The position numbers and the translations under genes are program-made. A model generated the notes under the pieces. The model made no database searches, had not been told where the DNA came from, and saw nothing but the letters and a program-made list of their open reading frames with translations. DNA of 64,000 nt from Tubulanus polymorphus (lineage: Eukaryota; Animalia; Nemertea). Where the stretch lies: contig NC_134030.1 in the NCBI RefSeq assembly GCF_964204645.1, positions 1,843,355-1,907,354 of the forward strand, written 5' to 3'. How positions within the stretch are numbered: position 1 is the stretch's first letter; each line of letters opens with the position of its first letter. Positions 1 through 12,012 of this stretch are shown piece after piece.

Positions 1-146
1 CTCCCGGAATAAAATCTTCATTCTTGGATCTCGCCCTTACAGGAAAAAAGTCATGAAATTGAAAGTTGATTTTCTATGAAGAGAATTTAATGGTTGTTTA
101 ATGAAATGAAAAGAATTGAGATGTTAAATGTTTTATATTTCTTTAG

Positions 147-3100
147 GCGAACAGATGAACGATAAACCGAGTGATGTAAAACTAGCTGAAGCATTAACCG
201 AGCACAGTAATAAAGTAGATGTTATATTGAATATACTCGAACACACGGCTATTTCACCGATTGGGCAGAAAACAATGCAGGCAATTGAAACTGATATCAA
301 ACAGGTATCGAAACATTAATCAATTATCCTCTTCAGTGTATCATCAATTATCTTTATCAAAGACAGAGTTTCAGTGGACTGCATGATTACCAGGGAGCTG
401 ATGACGTGCCTCGGACTGTGTTTGTCGCCGAGCCGTTTACCTCTAATTATCACGTGACCCTGACTCTGTTTGCCATTGCCTCTAATTATATATGCTATTC
501 CGTATATTTCTAGGGTCGAAAGAGTAAGGGTACGATACTAGTGACCCCTGTTGGCGATCTCGGTACTAGTTGCTCGTTTAACGGATTTATAAATCGTCCC
601 GAATCGATCGCCGTTTCCGCTATCAGACGTAACGGCTTTAAACTAACGGACGGCAATCACTGCTCCGCCGTCATGGCAACGGCTTATAGTAAAAATCAAC
701 AAGATACGGATCCAATTGTAGGTTTTGGATCGGTTGAATCCAATACACGTATTTATTCTAATGTAGGTTGTGAATAATGAAATTATTTTGTTTCGTGCAA
801 AGGTTACAGTAACAGGAAATGAAGGATGCACCGAAGACGTAGCTGGTTCGGCACCTGCTGCATCATTCGCAGCTGGAATTATTGCACTCGCTTTGGAAGC
901 CAAGTAAGCATTGATCATTTACACTCGGAGTCCACGCCTCGGCCGGGACTGAGGATACGTCGTGGCAGTAAAACAAATTCATAGAGATGTAAATTAGATT
1001 TGGTTTCTTTGTCAGAGAATAATCTTATCGTCTATGATAAGATGGGAATGTTATAACGAACAACGTGGTTTTCTACAGGATATCACGGAGTACCATGGGC
1101 GGGGAGATGGAGGGGTTCTCGGCCGGATAATTTCACCATCTTTTGATGCTAAGCGAAAAAGTCGCACAATTCAAATTTTATATGATATAATTTATTAAAA
1201 CGAAACCACAACGTTTCGGCTGTTGACAGCCATCATCAGGAGGAATGATGATTATCTACAGTGTACACGGATTAGATGTTTCATTCGGCCTCTTGATGCG
1301 TTTGTGAGGACATCAAGATATATTTTCCACGCTTTATTCGTCCATAAGTACCGTTTAAGCAGTTGTGGCAGTAGGCCCAATTCGCCCCTGGGGCCAATTC
1401 CATAGTCAAGACTAAAGACAAAAAGTGGTCTGAAGTCTTGACACTGGTCTTAAGTTGGCTCTAGACCTAAGTTGGTCTTAGACTGGTCTTAAGTCTAAGC
1501 CCTCACTATGCAACCGGCCCCAGTTTCTAGTGGTGTTGTTTGTTTGTTCAACTCATGGTTTATAATTTCTGTATATTTTAGTCCTGATCTATCGTGGAGA
1601 GACGTACAGCATTTGATCGTACAAACTTCAACTTCGAAAAATGTTCGTTTTAACCCGAATGATTTCGTCAAAAATCAACAAGGAATTTCGGGTAAGCGCG
1701 CTGGTGATTAAAACGATCAGTTAATGACTGTTAGAGACTGGTATTCATCTCAATATTTCAGAGTTTATGACTGGTAGAGACTGATAATGATCTCAGTGTG
1801 TCAGAGTTAATGAGCAAAACCCATATAGTTGATAATATAACAGTTTATTCTGACAGTTTGATTTTTGACAGTTTGATAATGAAGTTCGGTCAAAACTTCA
1901 TCAACTGTTGGTTTTGCTCATGATTTTTCATCCTGGTGTCAGAATGCTTAATTCAGCGATGCTTACTTTAGATTCAACTGAAGAAGACTTAAATCATAAC
2001 AATTGATTAATTTGAATCTATGGCTCAAACTATAATTGACTACAGGGGAGCTGAATGTTGGTTTATCTGATTCCAGTGAGTCCGAGCTATGGATTTGGTT
2101 TAATGGACGCGGGTAAAATGGTTAAACTAGCTGAAGTTTGGAAACCTGTTCCGACTGCGAATGTCTGCGTGCTGAAATCAAGGACACAGTACGTATTTCA
2201 TCTGAACACTCAGAATATCCGTGACTGTTTATTTGTTTGGCTTTACATCGCTTGGATCTTGGTTTCCCAAGACTAACAACACTATTGGATTAATCATTTA
2301 ACCTCACGACGGGACCACAGTCTTTTTTCCTTTAACACCCTCAACCCGCTAAGCACCACACAGGGCATAAGCAGGTTTGATGTTTCTTTTTCCCAATGGG
2401 GGAGAGACCAGAGAAGAACCTTAGACCAAGAAACTCTGTCGCCGCCAGGGTTTGAACCCATAAACCCTGGATTGACGAAACCAGTGACCGGCACACTGTA
2501 AGCAGCCAGCAGGACTCGAACCCACTCAGCACTGATAGTGTATACAACACCATCAAGCCTTATCTCACTGAGATACCGAGACTACTCCGCGATGATCTGA
2601 TAGAAATCCAATCGCAGCAATTGTTTATTTGATTTTAATTTTGATCTCGTACCGTGCATGATTACGATGAAAATACGATAATTCTGCTGCTAAGACTCCG
2701 TGAAAAAGGTTTGAAATTTAGAATTAATATTTTCAGAACGATCTCCGTAAACGAGACGTCGTGTCCGGGAGACGGAGAGATTCATTATCTCGAACACGTT
2801 CTCGTTCATATTAAAACAACTCTTACGCGATGCGACGAAGGTAGTTTACATCTCCACCTGGTGTCACCCGCAGGAACTAAATCTGCTCTGTTCAGCGGTG
2901 GAATTAAAGGTGCGACGAGAGCGACTGTCGACGAATCCATTTTATCGGTCGGATTCTGGGCTGAAAATCCGATCGGATCGTGGAAACTGGAATTTGCTAA
3001 TGGTTGCGAAGGTCAGTGATATTTTATTCGTTAGAAATGAACCCACCGTAAATAACTGGCTCATGCGGTTCTTGATTTAAACAGTTAAAATATCAGGGTG

Positions 3101-3889
3101 GCGCCACTTACCCGGTACCTGGAAATCGGGGATGTTTCTTATCTTTAAAAATAGTCAGGGAAATATGTAGAGATTGCTAGATTTTGCGTAAAATCAAACA
3201 GCTTTTGTCTTTGACTGTGGAAATCGATTGAATTCTTAGCAGATACAAGCATGAGAGGCACAATAAATAGTCAAGGAAAATTTTTGGAAAAATCAAGTCT
3301 AATTAAAGTAACCATCCTGTAAATTGATTAATATTCAAATAATGAACTCTGAGTGAAATGGAAACTGAGTTCTCATTTAAAATTGTGACTCAAGTCGTAA
3401 ACTCACAACTATGGAACTTAAGAGTTCTGGAGCCAGTTGTGCAGTTCTCAATCAAAATAAGACTCGGATTGCGCCAGAAATGAACTGAATTTAACTAAAG
3501 AGTCAAATGTGAATTGATAGTTTTGAGGATCCTGTGATTTCAATCTGATATTGTTTATGTTTGTGATTATTTCAGGACTTGTCCATGAGTGGCAGTTAGA
3601 AATTCGTGGTACGATTGATTCCCCGTCAGCCAATCAGAATCTAACGTCTATGAACGTTAAAACACGCCCGTGTCCGTATAAATCCTCACTCGCCATCAAA
3701 CACGGAGGCAAAATCGATTTCACGCCGCTTTATATATTCATCGTATTGTTGCTGGTCGTCACGACGATTGGATTATTGATCGTGACGTATCGTAGGTGCT
3801 GGGGTTCGAAAGTGAAAGGTTTGATTCACGCTGAATTTAGAGCCGTTCCGACGACAGACGTCGAGGAATCGGCGCCCACATCGCTATAG
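147..3889 (+). CDS. Furin/kexin-like (S8B) proprotein convertase homolog, 3' part (catalytic domain C-half, P domain, TM, tail); probably catalytically impaired
   Basis: GT-AG exons with compatible phases: 147-304, 514-717, 803-903, 1582-1691, 2077-2188, 2737(or 2695)-3011, 3576-3889. Motifs: [74 protein letters not shown] (P domain), TM LYIFIVLLLVVTTIGLLIVTY. The 5' exons lie upstream of the window. Confidence 0.9.
1206..1243 (-). ncRNA. Minimal type-I hammerhead ribozyme motif (Penelope-like type)
   Basis: Minus strand reads CCTC-CTGATGA-T-GGCTG-TCAA-CAGCC-GAAAC-GT-T-GTGG: intact core, perfect 5-bp stem II, palindromic ACGT stem III, stem I with one mismatch. Confidence 0.6.
1388..1522. 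mobile_element. Dispersed MITE-like repeat, family C (ends ggggccagttccatagtc / gactatggaactggcccc-like)
   Basis: Inverted ends and internal 'ggtcttaagtctaag' motif shared with copies at about 19948-20085, 23810-24708 and 61638-61840. Confidence 0.55.
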
Positions 3890-4347
3890 AAACCATCAAT
3901 ACTGTAACTGTCGCTATAGTAACCATCAATACAGTAACTGTCGCTATGGTAACCATTGTTGTAGAAGCAAATTTGTTGAACATTTTGAATATAAATATTG
4001 AGTCGAAATATATTTTTATTTCCAGTTAAGAGCTTAGTTTAACTACGCTTTCATCTATTTAGATCTAATTTCTTTGGTTAACATTGTTATTTTCTCAATT
4101 CGAACTAATGTAAAAGTTAGTCGCCTATTCCTTCGATATTTCGATATTTTCGTCTTCTAAATATTTCGAGATCTGTAAAAGGAAACTAGTTTCCGGTTTT
4201 TCACCAATTCTGAAAACTTTAATACTTTATTTCGTTGAAACTCTTCGTACTCGACACCTGGAAGATCTGTAAATGTAACATAACGTTTTTGCTGCAGCTG
4301 AATATTATAAATATGTTCACGTGTCACTGTTTTTTTCAAAGGGTAAA

Positions 4348-4573
4348 TTAGGCTAAACAAAAATGATACCTTGTTTCTCCGCAGCGGCCGGGTCATTTTT
4401 GTAAAATATGATAAAATTTATGAACAGTTCATTTCTATAGCGGCCGGGTCTGTTATGGTGAAATTGATCACGATTTTAAAAAAAGTAATGTATAGGGTAG
4501 ATAGGCGGCCGGCCGGGTAAACATTTAAGCTCAGCAGAGCGGAGAAACAAGGTATCAATTTTTTTTGGCCTTA
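4348..4573. mobile_element. MITE-like element, family B (TIR gataccttgtttctcc ... ggagaaacaaggtatc)
   Basis: Clear inverted repeats; related copies at about 10914-11048 and 36367-36590. Confidence 0.65.
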
Positions 4574-6049
4574 GGGTAATGTATGGTGTATTTTATTATA
4601 GAGTGTTGTTTAGATATAACCTTAAAATTGTGTGTATATATATTCTGAATCGGTTGAATGATTAGATCTGCGAATATTAACTACGTTTTTAGACTTTTGA
4701 ATCTCTTTCTTATTCTTTTGTTTGCTCTTAACATTTTGAATTTTCTCGGTTTCTTATACCTGTTAGATAACAGCAGGGAACATCTCAAAATCGTTTTTCG
4801 TATACTTTCACTGTTTCCTATTGTTGATACGACAGTAATCTCGTAGGTTTTGGGTTGATCCCTGAAATATTGATATTTTCATCAATGTTTGTAATCTATT
4901 TCTATAGAAGTTTTGATCAATTTCTGACGACTTTTTATCTACCAATCTTTGCCAGACGTTCTTACCGATGATGTGTGGCCCAATCGATAAAATTTTGTTG
5001 ACATTTCAGCAATGTATGAGTTTTAATGTCAGTCACCATTTGTGGCTAGATTGGTCATCCATCTTAGTGGCCGTGAATGACCTTGAATATAAAGCATCCT
5101 CGAGAGAATGAACCTGTTAATTAAGTTATTAATTAGCCTGAAACCAATTAATGCAAACAGTATTATTAGTGGATAACTGGATTAAGAGAGATACTACTAT
5201 TTTATAACGGATTAAGGCAGCATATACTATCATGTATATAGAAACACTTGAATGATGTTAACAGTCAGTGTTCTGTATGAAGAGACTGTTTGTTTGTTTG
5301 TATATAGATAACCTACTGATTGTATTTAAACGGTGCTTTTAAAGCTGATTTTCATTTTTTGCTTGCTATTAATATGTATTTTGGAGTGTGGTGTTTATAT
5401 ATTGTTTTATGTTAAGTGGTGAATGGTCCGTAAAAGAGGAAATACCTTCATTCTAAATAGTGTTACGTACTGTGAGATTCACTGAGTGCCTTGTGCTGTT
5501 TTTTCTATTGTGTTGTATTTGGTAAAAATAATGATAAATAACGTAAAAAGTGCTAAAATTGGTCTAGAAATCGTAGAAATATTACGGTGGAACTTTCAGA
5601 AAATCTGTTCATTATATCCAGTGTGAAACAATTGAAATCTTCGTATTTGAGTTGAAATTCTAGCTTCGTAGAAAAATGATAAATGATTATATCTTTCTTA
5701 GTTGTTGTAACAAGGTATCGGTTGAAATGAGTTAACCACCAGTGAATTGTATTGTTTTACGTAGACACTGACTGATGGCTTACAGATACTGACCTGGACC
5801 ATCTGGGTTTTTATTCAGCATTTCCCTTCCCGCATAAAAATGAAATAGTTCGATTTGCAAATATATTGTAATTTTATAAAATGTTACCAAATGTTTGTTG
5901 AAATTGAACTGTTTTCAATGATGAAAATAAACATTGTATATATTTTCTTCATTTAGATGTTGTTTTTTGACTTTTTGAGAAAGGTATTCGTCACTCTTGC
6001 TGGGCCGGTCTAGATTTGGAGAATTCATTTTGCAAAATGTAACTAATGG

Positions 6050-7400
6050 GTAATTACTGGGTTCAAACCCGGGACACCCCTGTACATCCTCTATTCAGCA
6101 GCATCAGGACCACTCTGAATCAGTGTTCGAACCCAGGACACCTGCTGTGTACATCCTCAGTCTCATCCTCTGTACATCTCAGTACCACTCTGACTCAGTA
6201 TCAGTAATTACTGGGTTCGAACATCCTTCATCCTCCACAAAGCACCAGGACGATTGATTTAGTGTCTACGAATACACTGATTTAGTAAATATAACTTTAT
6301 TCTCCTGACTAAAATTGATAGTAAACTGTACTGTACGGTGCTGCCGCTATGAACGACATTAGCGGATTTTGCATGAACTAATACGAACTGACTCTGGCAG
6401 TAGACTCTCCTTGGTTGCCAGAGTCGATTCACGTTAGTGTATGAAAAATACGCTTATTTTGAGCATAGCGGCAGCACCAGACGGTGTAGTGTGGCATCAC
6501 GTCTATTTCACGCGTGTCAGTAATTACTGGTTTCGAACTCGGGCACCCCTGTACATCCTCTATTCAGTATCAGGACCACTCTGAATCAGTATTAGTAATT
6601 ACTGGGTTTGAACTCGGGACACCCCTGTGCATCCTCTATTCAGTATCAGGACCACTCTGAATCAGTATCAGTAATTACTGGTTTCGAACTCGGGACACCC
6701 CTGTACATCCTCTATTCAGCATCAGGACCACTCTGAATCAGTATCAGTAATTACTGGGTTCGAACTCGGGACACCCCTGTGCATCCTCTATTCAGTATCA
6801 GTACCACTCTGAATCAGTGCCAGTAATTACTTTGTTCGAACTCGGGACACCCCTGTACATCCTCTATTCGGAATTAGGACACCTCTGAATCCGCAGTGTC
6901 AGTAATTACTGGGTTCGAACTCGGGACACCCCTGTACATCCTCTACTCAGTATCAGGACCACTCTGAATCAGTATCAGTAATTACTGGGTTCGAACTCGG
7001 GACACCCCTGTACATCCTCTATTCAGTATCAGGACCACTCTGAATCAGTATCAGTAATTACTGGGTTCGAACTCGGGACACCCCTGTACATCCTCTATTC
7101 AGCATCAGGGCCACTCTGAATAAGTATCAGTTATTACTGGGTTCGAACTCGGGACACCCCTGTACATCCTCTATTCAGCATCAGGACCACTCTGAATTAG
7201 TATCAGTAATTACTGGGTTCGAACTCGGGACACCCCTGTGCATCCTCTATTCAGTATCAGGACCACTCTGAATTAGTATCAGTAATTACTGGGTTCGAAC
7301 TCGGGACATCCCTGTGCATCCTCTATTCAGCATTAGAAATTCTCTGAATACTGTCAGTAATAACAGGGTTCGAACCCGAGACATTTCCTGTTCATTCTCC
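6050..7400 (+). repeat. 76-bp tandem minisatellite with a Pol III B-box-like GGTTCGAACYC
   Basis: Unit agtaattactgggttcgaactcgggacacccctgtacatcctctattcagtatcaggaccactctgaatcagtatc; period 76 (6901 to 6977); interrupted by a hairpin element at 6337-6478. Confidence 0.9.
6337..6478. mobile_element. Hairpin MITE, family A (TIR ggtgctgccgctatg ... catagcggcagcacc)
   Basis: Long imperfect palindrome with inner gactctggca/tgccagagtc; copies at about 10304-10495 and 32307-32460. Confidence 0.75.
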
Positions 7401-8419
7401 AGACAGCACCAGGATCACTGGCTTCAGTAAACTGTGCGGAGCTGCCGCTAATTTTGTCTGAGAAAAAGATTCTGAACATCCAATAATGAAACACTCTTCT
7501 CAGTGTTGAGTTGTTAAGATGATATAAAATCCATGCACAAGAATAAAAATAGTTTGAAATGATCTCCTTGAAGAAGTGTAGTTTATTCAACGTTTAGACT
7601 TTATCCTTAACTTCAGGAATACTAATGTTGTCCTCATTATAACCATGGATAAAACATTCTGAGTCCGTGTTGTAAAGTTAATATAAAATCCCTGCACACT
7701 AAGTATAAAAAGAGTCTGAAATGTTTCCTTTGAGCTATTGTATTTCATTCAAAATTATAACTTTATCCTCTTGGTCATATCCAGGAATGCTGAAACAGGT
7801 GCTTGAGTATTTCTGAAGATGGCAATATTGGTATCGATTCAATTTGAAAATCTCGACAGTTTTATAATGTAAATCACTTTTAAGTAATAATTAGTATCGT
7901 TTACTGCTGGTCCAGTGAAGATCTGAAGGACCTACGAAATCGTTTACAACAAATTAAAAGGAAAAATACCCCATTCGACAAAATAATGCTCAATTTCTTA
8001 CAACAAATGAAACAATCAATTTTGTCGGGTCAAAATGCAGTTAACCCCACTTAACTCCTAAAACTTCGAGCGAGATCACGAGTGAGTATCGATGCAACCT
8101 GTCTCTATCTCACACTGTCATTCATTGTCCCGAATTATCAAAGCGTGAATTCACAAACCTGAATTCAATATTCGTCGAATCTGTGGTTTATTGTCGGAAA
8201 AATGCGATAAACATCGAACGCACGCGAAAAGGTAACTGAACCAGAGACAGAAATAATAGACAGATCTAACTATGACGCACGGGGTCCGCGGAGCGAGGCG
8301 CGGGGGACAGTTAGTAGTAAATAACCATCTATTATTTCTATCTTTGGTCGAGTGAATTTTTCGCACGCATTCGAAATTTCCAGCAGAGTTTGAATCGCAA
8401 CAATGAACCCGGGTTTCAA

Positions 8420-8471
8420 TATAAACCGACCAGTTTCATCAACATTTCATCGACTCGGAATCGTTTCGAAG
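8420..8471 (+). promoter_or_regulatory. TATA box and non-coding first exon of the small peptide gene
   Basis: TATAAA at 8420-8425; donor AG|GTAAGT at 8472; acceptor tttttag ending 8913, 5 nt before ATG 8919; AATAAA at 9157-9162. Confidence 0.6.
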
Positions 8472-8918
8472 GTAAGTTGATTTTGATGCTGTATGAATCA
8501 TTGAGTCAAGATTGATCTGATGATTTAGTTGTTGTTTCTGGAGATATAATCTACGAGAAATTATTTCAAATTTCTGACGAATATTGTAGAAAATTGTATC
8601 TGTTTAATTCTGCTAATTTTACCTAGAACCAGATGTTGGTTTAGAGATGTGTGTGGATATTTGTGACGACTGCTGAAAATCAGTCCAAACATCACCGATG
8701 TATTTATCTTTATTTTAGGTTCGTAAATTGCTCGTATAAATCTGTGATTTGTCAAAAAAACAACTGTTAAAATGATCGGTAAGTTATGATTGTAATTTCA
8801 CGTTATACATTAATCAATCTTGTGACGTTTAAAAAGTACAAATAATTTTCCGGCTCTAGAATTAAGCAATTATATCGATGATAATGAAACGTTCACTTTA
8901 ATCTCATTTTTAGCGTCA

Positions 8919-9101
8919 ATGGTGATGAAAATGTTGAGAAGTTTACTTCCAATCATGTTGTTAGTGATCTGTTTGTGGTCGATGGTGAACGCTAAAGCTG
9001 CAGTTGATGATTCTACTGAAGAAGAAATCGCTCGTGATCTCGCTCGTCGCGGGTATTCCGAAGGATATAAGAAATACAGAAATCGCGATTACAGTGGATA
9101 A
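8919..9101 (+). CDS. Secreted prepropeptide (60 aa): signal peptide, acidic propeptide, RR, GYSEGYKKYRNRDYS-G (amidation donor)
   Basis: Hydrophobic N-terminus ending VNA, pro-region DDSTEEEIARDLARR, dibasic site, terminal Gly before stop; supported by TATA, intron and polyA signals. Confidence 0.8.
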   Translation: MVMKMLRSLLPIMLLVICLWSMVNAKAAVDDSTEEEIARDLARRGYSEGYKKYRNRDYSG

Positions 9102-9359
9102 ACTGATTCCACGGTGGATAAACTACTGATTCCACATCATGTAATATATGAAAATTAATAAATTATAACTTTGATCGATGATCAAAAACAAAAACACTCC
9201 TACTTTTCATATTCATTTTGTTCTTCAATACATCATGGAAGCGCTTCAGTTGATGATTCAACATACCCGACCAAACTTTTGAAATTATCACACTTTTATA
9301 AATAAGGGGTATCCCAAGGCTATACCTGCAGCCGAATATTGAGTGCATCAGGACAACTC

Positions 9360-9720
9360 CGAGTCGGTGTCAGTAATTACTGGGTTCGAACCCGGGACAC
9401 CCCACATCCTCTATTCAGCATCAGTACCACTTTGAATCAGTATCAGTGATTACTAGGTTCGAACCCGGGACACCCCTGTACATCTTGTATTCAGCATCAG
9501 GACCACTCTGAGTAAGTATCAGTTATTACTGGGTTCGAACTCGGGACACCCCTGTACATCCTCTCTCTATTCAGCATCAGGACCACTATGAATCTGATCA
9601 GTAATTACTGGGTTCGAACCCGGGACACCCCTGTTCATCTTGTAATGAGCGTCAGGGCCACTCTGAATCACGACTATCATTTAGCATCAGGCCACTGATT
9701 TAGTGTCAGTAAATACGAAT
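9360..9720 (+). repeat. 76-bp minisatellite (same family as 6050-7400)
   Basis: Same agtaattactgggttcgaacccgggacacccc unit; further degenerate copies at 10496-10720. Confidence 0.85.
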
Positions 9721-10303
9721 ATTTATTACACTCCAACCATTTCCATGATATATGGAGGAAAAACAGTATTTACAATTATTTACAAAAACAGTAGATAAAA
9801 CACTTTGAAACATAACAAACGTTATTTACAACATACTATTTAAACACTACCGGAGGGATCTATATACATCTAGACCTAATTTGATAAATTTAGCAAGTTT
9901 AAAAGTTGGATTTTTTAAAACATCAAGATTCCGAAAGGTATTTGAATTTAGGTAGCTTTCACGGAATACGGTAAGTAATTTACAGTCAAAATGAAATGTA
10001 GCTCATCGCCTAAAACGTTACAGGTGGGACATAATCTATCGGTTCTCGGTAGATGGAGATTTGACAATTTATTTACAGGTAAGAGATAAGACCCAATCCT
10101 GAACTGGAATAAACTGGTCACTAAATCGTCATCAAACCGATTTATATAGTTTTCAAATTTAATATCCTTCTTATATTGTCTAAAATTGTCTAAAATTAAT
10201 GTATAACGGGTTATTATTTAGCCTAAATTCTGTCTCTTGCACATGCTGATCACGGAGTATACGGTGTAATTGTTTTGGAGAAGTCCTAGAGTTTACCATA
10301 GAT

Positions 10304-10495
10304 TGTCACGCTGTACGGTGCTGCCGCTATGATCGAGATTTGCGGATTTTGCATAAACTAACACGAACTTACTCTGGCAATAGACTCTCCTAGATTGCCA
10401 GAGACTCTCCTAGATTGCCAGAGTCGATTCCCGTTAGTGTGTGAAAAATTCGCTAATGTTGAGCATAGCTGCAGCACTGGACGGTGTAGTGTGGC
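10304..10495. mobile_element. Hairpin MITE, family A copy
   Basis: ggtgctgccgctatg ... catagctgcagcac; internal duplication agactctcctagattgcc. Confidence 0.7.
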
Positions 10496-10913
10496 CCCTG
10501 TACATCCTCTAATCAGCATCATGAGGACCGGCACTCTGCATCACTATCAGTAATTACTGGGTTCGAACCTTGACTCCACTGTACATCCTCTATTCAGAAT
10601 TAGGACAACTCTGCATCACTATCAGTAATTACTCGGAATTAGGACTACTACTCTGAATCAGTATCAGTAATTACTGGGTTCGAACCTGGGACAACCCTGT
10701 ACATCCTCCTTATACTATCAGTACAGTCATCATCAGTTAGGTCTGGATATATACAGTGCGGTCCACACCATCATTGCTATTGATTGTCGGTGGCCCTGGT
10801 GCTGAAAACATGAGTCCTAATGTTCTTAATGGAACAAAAATAAATTCAAGAAACCTCACTTTATTTGTGCTTCATATAATATGATAAAGTTTATTTCAAT
10901 CGGTGAAACACAT

Positions 10914-11048
10914 TTTAGACTAAAAGGAAATGATACCTTGTTTCTCCCGATCGGCCCGGTCTTTTTTTACGATGCAATAAAATTTGTAATCAGCTCATTT
11001 CTATAACATCAGAAATGAGAGAAACAAGGTATCAGTCGTTTGAAGCCT
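10914..11048. mobile_element. MITE family B copy (internally deleted)
   Basis: gataccttgtttctcc ... gagaaacaaggtatc. Confidence 0.6.
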
Positions 11049-11869
11049 TTCAATACATGTATACGATATTAAATCAAATGTCATATCCTGCCTTGTAGAA
11101 AAAAATGAAATGTCGAACAGTATGTTTTTGTGGAGAACGAAAATTCTGAATTAAAAACCATTTTCTATAGGTTTTAAAAAAGGAGAAAACACAGGCACGC
11201 AGCCTCATAGCATCAACAAACATGAATATATAATATTAGAATACTGAAATAACAATGTAATAAAAACGCAGAAGAAATTTGGGTCATTTTTCGTAAAAAG
11301 AATAATAAATCGAAAAAAAAACAACGATACTTAACTTTATAGAAGAAAAGAGAGTTTTCTTATTGAAAATTCAGTATTAAAATTAATTGATCTATTATTA
11401 AGTTCAAATAACGCGGAGCGCAAAAATGAAATTATGAATGCATTGTCAATGAAGAATAATATCAATATATTATCATTAATATTAATATTATAATATTGGA
11501 CGGAAATATAAATAATCTCAGAAACCGGTTTTACAGTAAACACGGGTTGCAGGCCAGATATATTTACTTACACAAAGCATTATGTACATATACAGGGAGA
11601 AGCTTTACCCACTTTTAAACGATCCCCACTATTATAAACATACAATTCACATCAAGGATGTCGGATGATATTCTTAAACCAAAGTCCCCGCAATCATAAA
11701 CCCGAAAAATTAAAATCGGTGAAAGGTGCAAGTTGAACCCTTATAGGCGAGAGGTGCAGCAGAGGAAGAGATAAAAACTATTCAGATTCTTCGAGGTACT
11801 TTACAACAAAAAGCACAATCATTTAAAGGACTAGTTGTGCCACACACATTGCTATCCCCTCCATATTCC

Positions 11870-12012
11870 TGTGACCCCCAGGGATAAGGGGAGGGATCCC
11901 CATCCATATTCCAGTAACCCCCGGGATGAGGGAGGGATCCCCCATCCGTATTCCAGTAACCCCCGGGATGAGGGGAGGGATCCCCATCCGTATTCCAGGG
12001 ATGAGGGGAGGG
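11870..12012. repeat. GC-rich short tandem repeat (ccccgggatgagggagggatccccatccgtattccagtaa-like)
   Basis: Three to four imperfect copies; source of spurious repetitive ORFs. Confidence 0.8.

Noticed and set aside
6518-7400. Regular array resembling a CRISPR
   Set aside because: Units are near-identical along their whole length with no unique spacers; eukaryotic context and no cas genes.
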